Part shown: positions 27,700 to 35,792 of the stretch, piece by piece
Position numbering within the stretch: position 1 is the stretch's first letter
Layout: every line of letters starts with the position of its first letter
Origin: a virus
Lineage: Duplodnaviria; Caudoviricetes
Virus record (IMG/VR): IMGVR_UViG_3300037608_000038
Span: 1-40,131 of that record
Direction: 5' to 3' (one strand)
Length of the DNA: 40,131 bases
Program-made: the position numbers and the translations under genes
Notes under the pieces: generated by a model
The model's database searches: none
Seen by the model: only the letters and a program-made list of their open reading frames with translations
What the model was told of the DNA's origin: nothing

Positions 27700-27767
27700 G
27701 TTTTAATCCACACCCATAGGGCGACAATATCTCGCAACTCATTTCAATCCACGCCCATGCAGACGAC
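27700..27767 (-). CRISPR. Degenerate type I-C mini-array: two shortened repeats and a 15-nt spacer
   Basis: GTCGTCTGCATGGGCGTGGATTGAAAT - gagttgcgagatatt - GTCGCCCTATGGGTGTGGATTAAAAC. Confidence 0.75.
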
Positions 27768-27786
27768 AATATTTTATCAGGGCTCC

Positions 27787-27833
27787 GGCAGAAGTCCCCT
27801 CCTTCTATAGGGAGGGGCGGCGGGAGTGTTCAC
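27787..27833 (+). mobile_element. IS200/IS605 fused-end scar
   Basis: ggcaGAAGtcccctccttctatagggaggggcggcgggagtgtTCAC; the GAAG/TCAC pair fits the guide/cleavage rule; 5' part closely matches 5947. Confidence 0.65.
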
Positions 27834-27837
27834 AACT

Positions 27838-27867
27838 CAAGTATAATATACTTGTACATTATGTCAA
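27838..27867 (-). promoter_or_regulatory. Promoter towards the mini-array, with palindromic operator
   Basis: Minus-strand TTGACA-16-TATACT; palindrome caagtat-aat-atacttg at 27838-27854. Confidence 0.6.
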
Positions 27868-27882
27868 TAGGGAGGCGATGAC

Positions 27883-28359
27883 TTGCAACATCGATCTATT
27901 TCGCAACGCCTGGATAGAGCCAAAACTGCCGAGGCGAAAATATCTACCCTGGTAGATTGGTCCAAGTCATGGGAACGGGAAACTATGAGCCTTATCTATA
28001 ACCTGGAGAGAGGCATCCGGACAAAAGATCACGATCTTTTGTGTAAGGCTACAGGCCAGCTTAAGGCAGTGTCCGAAAAACACTTTAAGGCGCTGCCGGA
28101 GGTGTTGACGCGCTTTATAGGCGATAACCCCGCGCCCATCGTGGGGCCTGTACCGCTGCCTCCGGCTGAGGTTGGCAGTATGCCCGAGGGCTATATATCT
28201 GCCCGGGAATGGGCAAAAAGAAACGGCAGAGAGCCAAGGCGCGGGCAAAAAATCCTTACTGACTGGCCGAGTATTGTGCCAGCCGCGAAAAAAGTCCGCA
28301 ATCCACGCGGCGGCGTGGATATATGGGCCGTGCCGGAGGATACGCCATGGCCGTATTAA
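27883..28359 (+). CDS. Protein with C-terminal MerR/excisionase-like HTH (Aca-like candidate)
   Basis: YISAREWAKRNG...PAAKKV...WAVPEDTPWP; GGGAGG RBS. Confidence 0.65.
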   Translation: MQHRSISQRLDRAKTAEAKISTLVDWSKSWERETMSLIYNLERGIRTKDHDLLCKATGQLKAVSEKHFKALPEVLTRFIGDNPAPIVGPVPLPPAEVGSMPEGYISAREWAKRNGREPRRGQKILTDWPSIVPAAKKVRNPRGGVDIWAVPEDTPWPY

Positions 28360-28380
28360 GAGAAGTCAGGCGGAGGAGGA

Positions 28381-28408
28381 CAAGTCCCCGCCCTTAGTGG
28401 AGGAGGAT
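28381..28408 (+). mobile_element. Degenerate IS605-like end hairpin
   Basis: caagtccccgcccttagtggaggaggat resembles the other end hairpins. Confidence 0.35.
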
Positions 28409-28420
28409 ATATCGACACTG

Positions 28421-28442
28421 GAGGCTTCGGCCTCTTTTTTTT
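28421..28442 (+). terminator. Intrinsic terminator
   Basis: gaggcttcggcctc plus a run of 8 T. Confidence 0.85.
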
Positions 28443-28452
28443 CGGGCAGGGC

Positions 28453-28485
28453 ATTTCAATCCACGCCCTCGCAGGGGGGCCGGAC
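28453..28485 (-). CRISPR. Solitary type I-C-like repeat just downstream of the late promoter
   Basis: GTCCGGCCCCCCTGCGAGGGCGTGGATTGAAAT; intact 3' handle, imperfect stem. Confidence 0.7.
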
Positions 28486-28513
28486 GAAGGAGTCCTTTGC
28501 AATCTTCCACACC

Positions 28514-28551
28514 TATAGTATACAATTTTTTTGTGTGCATTTGTGTGCAAT
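28514..28551 (-). promoter_or_regulatory. Probable late promoter
   Basis: TGCACACAAA direct repeat (x2) then TATACT, immediately after the ArpU/RinA-like gene. Confidence 0.55.
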
Positions 28552-28553
28552 CT

Positions 28554-28940
28554 TTATATTATCTGCTTTAATATTTGATTGTGTATGTAGTGTATCTGCC
28601 TCCAGCTATAACTCATCTGTACGCATATAGCTTCCCACCGTAACCCCTCGATGTACCTTAGCCTCATCAAAAGTCTTTTGTCAACCGGCAGACAGCTTAT
28701 ACAATCCTCTATATCTGCCCTTAGATTTATCATTTTCCACATGCTCTTATTGAGTACTTCGACAAGATCCACTATCTTTGCCACAGTATCAGCCATACGG
28801 TCCGGTCTTCCGTTCCCTTTTGGCGTCCCGTCAAGTTTAGGCGTAGCCAATAGGCTTGTCCTTAATCCTTCTATTTCCTGCTCTATTACTTCTATTTCCC
28901 TTTTTAAGTGGCGGTATTGTCTTAGTTCTTCTTTTTTCAA
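28554..28940 (-). CDS. ArpU/RinA-like (DUF1492) late transcriptional activator
   Basis: KEELRQY...LMRLRYIEGLRWEAICVQMSYSWRQIHYIH sigma4-like HTH; last early gene. Confidence 0.85.
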   Translation of the reverse strand: MKKEELRQYRHLKREIEVIEQEIEGLRTSLLATPKLDGTPKGNGRPDRMADTVAKIVDLVEVLNKSMWKMINLRADIEDCISCLPVDKRLLMRLRYIEGLRWEAICVQMSYSWRQIHYIHNQILKQII

Positions 28941-29197
28941 ATTATCACCACCCTTTTAGTAATAAGATCAACATACTGGAACGATACTCTGTATTGCCCC
29001 CTCTTCCCGTCTTTCGTCTGCGCCGTCATCTCTACTACCACAAAGGAGGGAGTCTTCTGGATTATTACCGCCTGACGAGTTATGCGGTTCTTGTTGTTTT
29101 GTCCTTTTATGTAAGATATTTTGATTGTTCTGCCTTTTCCGGGTACTTGGCGGTAAGCATCCAGTATTGTTTTAGGTGTGTATATTTTGTCTTCCAT
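28937..29197 (-). CDS. Hypothetical protein
   Basis: ORF in the early operon. Confidence 0.6.
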   Translation of the reverse strand: MEDKIYTPKTILDAYRQVPGKGRTIKISYIKGQNNKNRITRQAVIIQKTPSFVVVEMTAQTKDGKRGQYRVSFQYVDLITKRVVII

Positions 29198-29198
29198 A

Positions 29199-29627
29199 TC
29201 ACATCACCACTACCCCGTCTATCCTTGGGTTTAATATAACGTCAAGCCCGTATATCTTTCTGCCTTCTGGGCCATGTAACTCAAGTGGCATATTGAAACG
29301 CATATCCTCATAAATCTCGATATCCAACTGCCTCATTTTGTCGTACCCCATTATGATCGTTTTGGGTTGTTTGTTAGTGCTACGATATATGTCTTTGTAA
29401 AGTTGCTTTATTAAGTCTGCCACTTTTGTTGGGTCAATTACTACCCGAGAAAAAGAAACCTCTTCAGCGTAATACTCTTCGATAAATTTGTATTTTATCA
29501 GCTTTTTTATAATCCATCTGATATATTTGCCGTATTTTGTAAGCACCGAACCATTTATTGTATATACTCCTGGCACAAAAACAGATGTCGTATTTTTAGT
29601 AATATGATAATTGATTATTTTTTCCAT
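29199..29627 (-). CDS. Hypothetical protein
   Basis: GAGGAGG RBS. Confidence 0.6.
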   Translation of the reverse strand: MEKIINYHITKNTTSVFVPGVYTINGSVLTKYGKYIRWIIKKLIKYKFIEEYYAEEVSFSRVVIDPTKVADLIKQLYKDIYRSTNKQPKTIIMGYDKMRQLDIEIYEDMRFNMPLELHGPEGRKIYGLDVILNPRIDGVVVM

Positions 29628-29649
29628 CCTCTACGCCTCCTCTTGATAT

Positions 29650-30192
29650 TTACTGATTACCCCATTCTTGTTTTAGTCTCTCCAGCTCGTCAGGCGGAAG
29701 CGTTTCTATTCCTAGTTCCTTTGCCTCTATGACTATCTCGCTAATCAATATCCACATGGCGCGTGTGTCATATACCGAGCTTCCGTAATACGCTACAATC
29801 TTGGCGCATCCTTCTATTTTGCAGTTGTCCATTTGTTCAGCAAACCAGCCCAGCCCCCGGGCGTTCCATACCTTGATAAACTGTTCTGCCGCTTCCGCTT
29901 TTACCGCCAGCATTTCGAATTGTCCGACTTGGCGTATCGCTCTTTTATATACCTCTTCTTTTGTTGTTCGTATAACTTCGGCTATTTTCTGACATATAAC
30001 CCAGCAATAATCATTAGCTTCCAGGCTCCTTTTCTGCCTGTATTGCTTAATTTCTACCGCCAATTCTTTGCCTTTCGATATGATCTCTTTTGCTTCTGAT
30101 ATGTCTATTTTATGGAGATCGGTAGATAAAACAACCTCTGCTTTGCCTGATTCATTGTACTGGAGTTTTATTCCATTAGCTTTGATTTGCAT
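29650..30192 (-). CDS. NinB-like recombination accessory protein
   Basis: KRSLEANDYCW...YYGSSVYDT..M..LI...V.EAKELGIETL. Confidence 0.7.
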   Translation of the reverse strand: MQIKANGIKLQYNESGKAEVVLSTDLHKIDISEAKEIISKGKELAVEIKQYRQKRSLEANDYCWVICQKIAEVIRTTKEEVYKRAIRQVGQFEMLAVKAEAAEQFIKVWNARGLGWFAEQMDNCKIEGCAKIVAYYGSSVYDTRAMWILISEIVIEAKELGIETLPPDELERLKQEWGNQ

Positions 30193-30231
30193 ATCTACCT
30201 CACTCCTTCACCCGTTCTTTGAACTGTGCAC

Positions 30232-30396
30232 CTAATCGTCTTCTCCTCTGGCCAGGATGATGTAGCAGCGGCAGTCACATTTCTTACAAACCATTAGGCC
30301 ATCCTGATCCCAATTATCACGAGTATCTATGTTTAATGTTCCGCAATTTGGGCAGTAACTTGTTGACTGAGGATATCCCGTAACTGTTGTAGCCAT
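30232..30396 (-). CDS. Small Zn-ribbon protein (54 aa)
   Basis: Read manually; CPNCG and CKKC motifs; GGAGG RBS. Confidence 0.6.
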   Translation of the reverse strand: MATTVTGYPQSTSYCPNCGTLNIDTRDNWDQDGLMVCKKCDCRCYIILARGEDD

Positions 30397-30428
30397 ATAA
30401 TTCCTCCATTTCTGTAATACGCAATATT

Positions 30429-31676
30429 TTAATCAAAAGCGCAAGGCCTTAATTCCAACGCCCAGGTCAGTTGTTCGTCAAGTTCACCCCCGTCTAATTC
30501 AGCAAATGCATCAATTATAGTGGGTCTTGCATATTTTTTATTTGTACGGAGCTTTACAATTTCTTTTGCCATGCCGTACTTCATCACTGCTTCCCAGCGT
30601 GATTGGTGCGTCTGCCGTAGCACCGCCATGTGACTGTTTTTGCGTCCATAATCGGTAAAGCAACCGATGCAGCCGTTGCGAGGTATCTTACAAATATTGC
30701 CTTTGCTATCTCTATATGTCAGGTCATACAACGGAGAATAGGGTACATCATATTTCCGGATATACTCCCAAATATCGTTGTCAGTCCATATGGATAACGG
30801 ATTACAGTGATAAAATGGCGTATCTATATATTTGCGGCTTGATTTGAAAAGATAGCCACGCGTGCAGAAGTTTATTTTACGCGAATGGCTTTCGGCAGCC
30901 ATAAGGCCTTTGAATATGACGTCAATCTTAATCCCGGCCTGTATGCGCTCAGAAGGTTCTTTTTTGAGGATATCGCAGCAGGCTTGCGATATCTTAGTTC
31001 TGCGAAGAACAGCATAATACGCTTTTAATTCCTCTTTTTCGCTCGCACTTTCTGAAAACTTTAAAAAGCAGTCGATATTAATTCGCCGTGCCTTGAGTTT
31101 TGATGCTGCTTTACCGAGTATGGGATATCCGTACTGATCAACGCAGTACCAGTAACTTTTGATTGTGCCCTTTTTCCAAACGAGACCATTTGCGTAGAAC
31201 TTATCTTTCAGGTGCTGCGGGCAGGCTCGTTCAAGTGATTTAGTTGTTTTTAATTTACCATCCGCCTTAAGCACCTTACCGATGTTCCCCGTCTCAATAA
31301 GCCATTCAAGAATTTCGACCTGTGCTGCGTATTTATATTCGTCACGCTCAACCCGGGCAGGCGTAGCTTCGTAAAAGTTATCTCCACCCCACTCCTTACC
31401 AATCTGTCGGGCAAACTTCAAGCTTTCGGGGTACTCTACTCCTGTATTTCCGAATATAATTGCGGGTGTTTGTTCAGGGAAATGTGTCCTAATCAGATGC
31501 CATAAAACGGTGCTATCCTTGCCGCCTGAAAACGCAATTGCCGCTCTGGACTGACAGACTTCAAACCCGCTTTTTATTGCCTCAACTGCTTTCTGAATCT
31601 TGTAATCAAGGGGCTTCTTTTGTTCTATAGATAGCTCTTTAAATTTCATGTAACCCATTTTCTCATTCCTTTTCAT
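30429..31676 (-). CDS. PAPS-reductase-family (adenine nucleotide alpha-hydrolase) Fe-S protein
   Basis: AFSGGKDS PP-loop, NTGVEYPE, CCDILKKEP, PLSIWT..DIWEYI, RNGCIGC. Confidence 0.9.
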   Translation of the reverse strand: MKRNEKMGYMKFKELSIEQKKPLDYKIQKAVEAIKSGFEVCQSRAAIAFSGGKDSTVLWHLIRTHFPEQTPAIIFGNTGVEYPESLKFARQIGKEWGGDNFYEATPARVERDEYKYAAQVEILEWLIETGNIGKVLKADGKLKTTKSLERACPQHLKDKFYANGLVWKKGTIKSYWYCVDQYGYPILGKAASKLKARRINIDCFLKFSESASEKEELKAYYAVLRRTKISQACCDILKKEPSERIQAGIKIDVIFKGLMAAESHSRKINFCTRGYLFKSSRKYIDTPFYHCNPLSIWTDNDIWEYIRKYDVPYSPLYDLTYRDSKGNICKIPRNGCIGCFTDYGRKNSHMAVLRQTHQSRWEAVMKYGMAKEIVKLRTNKKYARPTIIDAFAELDGGELDEQLTWALELRPCAFD

Positions 31677-31834
31677 CGCATTTTTTTTGTATTAAATATC
31701 TTTCTTCCGTCTCCCCTTGCTCGCCCCACGTATCACTCGGGGAGTCGTGTTTCTGTGGCAGTAATCGCTATATTCAACCGCCTGCCGCCGTGCCTTTTTT
31801 ATGCGGTCTGCTGTGGCCAACTGTTTGATTAAGT

Positions 31835-32116
31835 CTATGATTGATTGAGCGTGCATAGTTTTTCCATCGCTTCTTCAAACGAGTAACCTAATGGTTCCAT
31901 AGATTCCTGGTCGCTATGAAACGCGTATCCGCCTCCTGGGCCACACATTTCCATTGCCGATTCAAGCTGTTCCCACCAAACCTCAACATTTGTATGCCCT
32001 AATTCCTCAAGAGCTTTTTTGATTTTCTTTTGTTTAGGAGATGCATTAACTTTGTCTACCCAATAACCCATAACAATACTCCTTTCTTTGAAGTGCGACT
32101 TAAAAACCGTTATCAC
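31835..32116 (-). CDS. Hypothetical protein (likely start MGYWVD)
   Basis: AAAGGAG RBS before the internal Met. Confidence 0.6.
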   Translation of the reverse strand: MITVFKSHFKERSIVMGYWVDKVNASPKQKKIKKALEELGHTNVEVWWEQLESAMEMCGPGGGYAFHSDQESMEPLGYSFEEAMEKLCTLNQS

Positions 32117-32255
32117 AGCAAGTCATAAAACGCAGTTTTGCACTCACCGCAAAAGTGTATATTTTGATTTTCGTCATGCTCGTTTTTCGCAGACGGAACA
32201 AACGACTCTTTATCATATGGGAATAATGCTCTTTGTTGGGGAGGTAGAACCTCAA

Positions 32256-32333
32256 TTGCTCTCATACAAGGCTGAAAGTGCCGGTAGAGAGTTTGTTGCT
32301 GTCAACCCCGCCTACACCAGTCAGGACTGTTCA
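32256..32333 (+). pseudogene. tnpB: TnpB (IS605 OrfB) fragment
   Basis: Translates as LLSYKAESAGREFVAVNPAYTSQDCS, the L.YKA...G.....V.P.YTSQ.CS motif before the TnpB Zn finger. Confidence 0.8.
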
Positions 32334-32355
32334 CCTGCAATTTTTCTCCTGCTCA

Positions 32356-32796
32356 TCAGTTCTCCTGCTCATCAGAGTACTGCTGAAACATCTCTGCATC
32401 TGCATCGGACAGAATTACATTCCCAACGATACGGATGTTCTCACATTTGCGCAAATCTCTTCTTCCACTATAATTAGCCGACGACCTCACGCGCCAAGAA
32501 TTTAAAAATTCATCGAAAACGATATATCCCATGCATTCATTTGCACCCATTGATTCACTGTATGATATTAAGTCAAATTCATACAGTAATTCGTTGCCAA
32601 TCTTAATTCCAGTGTTACGGCATATTGTGTAAGGGTTAACCTCTATCCATTCAGTATGTGCAGTAGGTTCATCCGGATTTGGCTGTGATATGCACGGGAT
32701 TTTCCCATATCTCATGTGCAAATTACCGCATACCACGAAATCTTCATCCGTCAATCCTTTAACCGTGTATTTTTCAGGTACAAATTCGCTGTTCAT
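32356..32796 (-). CDS. YopX-like protein
   Basis: EVNPYTICRNTG...LYEFDLI...IVGNV motif. Confidence 0.65.
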   Translation of the reverse strand: MNSEFVPEKYTVKGLTDEDFVVCGNLHMRYGKIPCISQPNPDEPTAHTEWIEVNPYTICRNTGIKIGNELLYEFDLISYSESMGANECMGYIVFDEFLNSWRVRSSANYSGRRDLRKCENIRIVGNVILSDADAEMFQQYSDEQEN

Positions 32797-32828
32797 TTTT
32801 CTTCCTCACTTTCTTTACTGCACTAAAT

Positions 32829-33077
32829 TTAACCTTCCAGCAGGGCGCAAGCATGGAGGAAATAATCCTCCTCTCGGACTTGGCCGCCACTGTTTAAAAA
32901 CTCTTGGATGATAAGCCATATGGTTTCATCCCAGCATGAGATCCTATTACATAAATCCGGGTGCAGTTTCATAGCAGTGATTGCGTTTCGGAAAGCTGAC
33001 GGCGGTACAATATCGCCCAGCGCCTTTTCAAATGAGTCTGCAATGGCTTGATAGTCTTTCAACTTTGTGGTACCCAT
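32829..33077 (-). CDS. Hypothetical protein
   Basis: AAGGAGG RBS. Confidence 0.6.
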   Translation of the reverse strand: MGTTKLKDYQAIADSFEKALGDIVPPSAFRNAITAMKLHPDLCNRISCWDETIWLIIQEFLNSGGQVREEDYFLHACALLEG

Positions 33078-33127
33078 TCTCTATTCCTCCTTTATTTCTA
33101 TGATGTGTGTTATATAACAGTTCTTCC

Positions 33128-33157
33128 CTACCCACCACCTAAGAGGCAAGGGCTTCC
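33128..33157 (-). mobile_element. Truncated IS605 right-end hairpin; the roughly 150-nt non-coding region upstream may be an omegaRNA relic
   Basis: gaagcccttgcctcttaggtggtgggtag, closely similar to 298-326. Confidence 0.5.
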
Positions 33158-33310
33158 GGGCGCGCTTACTTTTCTGCCAAACGTGTGTACGCTTCTCTAG
33201 AGCCTGTCTGTTGGCACGAACGTCCGCTGCCATAAACTTATACTACCTATGCCCGTTTCGTGTCACCAGAGCCATCCTGGACAGTCTGGAGGGGTTTGGT
33301 GGTGGTGTGT

Positions 33311-33724
33311 CTATTCCTCCTCTTCAAAAATTATACCTGGGTACTTTTTAAGTAATAATTTCACCTTAAGCCTATACATGCTTGTTTTAAAGTTCTTTGA
33401 CGGTTTAACATCAATCACCACGATCCGCCCGTCAGGGTAGGTAATCCTAAAGTCTGCTCTGTACTTTATCGCTCTTACCGGTCTGCCGTCAGGGCGTTTA
33501 TATTTTTCCTGCAGTATATATTCCGGCTGTAGTTCAAGACTCACTATCTCTCCGGCCATCAGCATTAGTTTTAGTTCTGCGTAGCGGTTAGCCTCTTTTG
33601 CGCTGTCAAATTTGATGCCGTCTAATTCTGTCTTTTGGGATTTATATTTTGATTCGGCTGGGACCTCGAAGCCTAATTCCCGAGCCTGTTTCGGTGTGAG
33701 CGTTAGCATCTTGTCACCCCTCAA
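33311..33724 (-). CDS. DUF1064 (PD-(D/E)xK endonuclease-like) protein
   Basis: SKY...KTELDGIKFDS.KEA.RY...LELQP...YRADF...VIDVK. Confidence 0.85.
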   Translation of the reverse strand: MRGDKMLTLTPKQARELGFEVPAESKYKSQKTELDGIKFDSAKEANRYAELKLMLMAGEIVSLELQPEYILQEKYKRPDGRPVRAIKYRADFRITYPDGRIVVIDVKPSKNFKTSMYRLKVKLLLKKYPGIIFEEEE

Positions 33725-35028
33725 TCATCCTGATATTTAACTTCTTTTCCAAAATTACTCACTGCGGAATAATAAAATCTCATGGTTTGAGGGTCCATCT
33801 TTAGATTTACAGTTCCTACTGGGCCATTACGTTGCTTTGCGATGATTATTTCCGCTATTCCGTCACTTTCTCGCTTGTTCTCGCGGTAGTAATCGTCTCG
33901 GTGGATAAACATTACGATATCAGCATCCTGCTCCAGCGATCCGGAATCTCTTAAGTCCGACAAGGCCGGGCGTTTATTGCCACGTTTTTCATTATCCCGA
34001 TTAAGTTGCGATAAGCATATGATCGGTATTTGCAATTCTTTTGCCAATCCCTTTAGTCCCCGGCTTATCCCTGATATTTCCTGCTCCCGATTCTTACCCG
34101 GACCTGACATAAGCCCCACGTAATCGATTATCATCAAGTCTAGTCCATTTACCGCCTTTATCCTTTTGGCTCTAGCCCGTATCTCTGGCAGCGTCTTGGC
34201 CGTCTCGTCCATATAGAGCGGTATTTTATATAATTTGCCAGCGGAATCACACACCTTTGCCCACTCGTTACTGTCCAGATTGCCAAGTTTTACCCTTACA
34301 CCGCTTGTATTTGAGTGGTTAATTAACATCCGCCTAAGTAGCTGCTTTGCTGTCATTTCCAGGGTTACAGCAAATACTTTTTTGCCTCTTATAGCATTCT
34401 CTTGCCCTATCTGTAAGGCAAGACTGGTTTTACCCATACTTGGCCGAGCTGCTAGTATTATAAAGTCCCCAGCCTGTAGTCCCATAAGGTAGTTGTCTAG
34501 TGGGTTTATGTATGTCATTATCCCGGTTGGCTGCCCCGTTTTTACACTTTCAATTTCATCTACTACTTCTGACATAAGATCTTTAACGCTTACTATTTGC
34601 CCGGACTCGTCAGAGTTTAAAGATAATATTTCTTCCTCGATCTCCGACTTAAAGCCGGAAATATCTTCATACTCCTTCGCTTTGGCTTTGGCTGTAAACT
34701 TATTAAAGGTTTGCAGGCACCTGCGCAGATATGCATTATCCTTGATGAGTTTAATATTTTGTTCAGCGTTGGCCGGATAATAGTTTTTTATTATGGCAGA
34801 CAGCGCTAAGGTTTCTATTTGTCCTCGCAGCTCCTCGTATACTGTGGCCATGGTGATCTCTATTTTTTTGTCTGACAGGGCGCAGATAGCCTTATATATA
34901 CTGCGGTGCTTGGAGTTATATAAGTCATCGGGCTTTAGTAAGGGCTGGATATCGACAATAGCATCAGATTCCATTAGGCACTTTGCTATAATATTTATTT
35001 CAGCCTCCAGGTTGTGGGGTTGTTCCAT
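33721..35028 (-). CDS. dnaB: Replicative DnaB-family helicase
   Basis: AARPSMGKT, IIDY, LSQLNR, LSDLRDSGSLEQDAD, KQRNGP. Confidence 0.95.
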   Translation of the reverse strand: MEQPHNLEAEINIIAKCLMESDAIVDIQPLLKPDDLYNSKHRSIYKAICALSDKKIEITMATVYEELRGQIETLALSAIIKNYYPANAEQNIKLIKDNAYLRRCLQTFNKFTAKAKAKEYEDISGFKSEIEEEILSLNSDESGQIVSVKDLMSEVVDEIESVKTGQPTGIMTYINPLDNYLMGLQAGDFIILAARPSMGKTSLALQIGQENAIRGKKVFAVTLEMTAKQLLRRMLINHSNTSGVRVKLGNLDSNEWAKVCDSAGKLYKIPLYMDETAKTLPEIRARAKRIKAVNGLDLMIIDYVGLMSGPGKNREQEISGISRGLKGLAKELQIPIICLSQLNRDNEKRGNKRPALSDLRDSGSLEQDADIVMFIHRDDYYRENKRESDGIAEIIIAKQRNGPVGTVNLKMDPQTMRFYYSAVSNFGKEVKYQDD

Positions 35029-35788
35029 CTCTTTGCCTCCGCTCCTCGGCTTCCCGTGCATTTTTTAATACCGGATCTTCGTCAGGGGCTCGCGGCTTAT
35101 AAAGCTTAAACCCTTCTTCTTGTACTCTCTTGACAACCCAGTTTAATATGGCTCGATAGTCAGATTTATATTTTTTGCCATTAGCCCCTTTGTAGTTGTC
35201 TAATACCTCTATCAGCCTGTCCGTCATTTCTTTGCCATAAGTGGCGAGCAGTTTCTGGTACTCGTCATTGGTCATGGTCACATATTCGGCAAGTTTAAGG
35301 GGAGATATAGAGGGGTTATTAAGTATATTTACCTTATTGTTTGGTGAAGGTGAAGGTGAAGGTGAGTTGCGGAATTCTTGCGGAATTTCCTGCGGAATTC
35401 TTGCGGAATTTCCTGCGGAATTTCCTGCGGAATTCTTGTTCCTTTTCCGAAATTTATCCTTATTTTTTCTGTCGATATATTGATAAAAGGGCTTATTAAA
35501 GTCCTCCCAATCATGCAGATATATTCCATCTTCTAGCTCATCTATCCACCCACTTTGCACCAATATCTGATACAGTTTACCTAGTTCGCCGGTCCAATAA
35601 AGGGCCTCCTCTATATCCTCAATAGTTGTTGATAGTAAGAGGCCTTTAGGATCTGCGTTATCTAATCCCCATAGCCATAACAGAATTAAATATCCTATGG
35701 CCTGCTGCCGGGTAGTGTTTAATCTGCGGTATAAATCACGTAGTTTTCTGTGGTCCCTAAGTTGTTGATGAACTGATATCCATGCCAC
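35000..35788 (-). CDS. Phage replication initiator
   Basis: MAWI.VH..L..H.K N-terminus, LHDWE, internal iterons, YKSDYRAILNW; upstream of the helicase. Confidence 0.8.
   Translation of the reverse strand: MAWISVHQQLRDHRKLRDLYRRLNTTRQQAIGYLILLWLWGLDNADPKGLLLSTTIEDIEEALYWTGELGKLYQILVQSGWIDELEDGIYLHDWEDFNKPFYQYIDRKNKDKFRKRNKNSAGNSAGNSARIPQEIPQEFRNSPSPSPSPNNKVNILNNPSISPLKLAEYVTMTNDEYQKLLATYGKEMTDRLIEVLDNYKGANGKKYKSDYRAILNWVVKRVQEEGFKLYKPRAPDEDPVLKNAREAEERRQRDGTTPQPGG
35368..35436. repeat. Origin iterons: 6 x TGCGGAATT(CT/TCC)
   Basis: Tandem 11/12-bp repeats inside the initiator gene, next to GGTGAA repeats. Confidence 0.75.
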
Positions 35789-35792
35789 ATAT

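Noticed and set aside
27681-27703. (TTTG)n microsatellite
   Set aside because: Likely slippage of the AAAC end of the adjacent repeat; no independent function evident
28299-28320. caatccacgcggcggcgtggat resembling a CRISPR repeat or anti-repeat
   Set aside because: Only 8-10 nt match, no TGAAA handle, and it lies in coding sequence (RNPRGGVD); probably chance
32088-32477. 129-aa ORF as a functional TnpB
   Set aside because: Only about 26 codons resemble TnpB; no RuvC catalytic motifs and no complete Zn finger
35368-35436. TGCGGAATT repeats as an array
   Set aside because: No spacers; typical iterons inside a replication initiator gene
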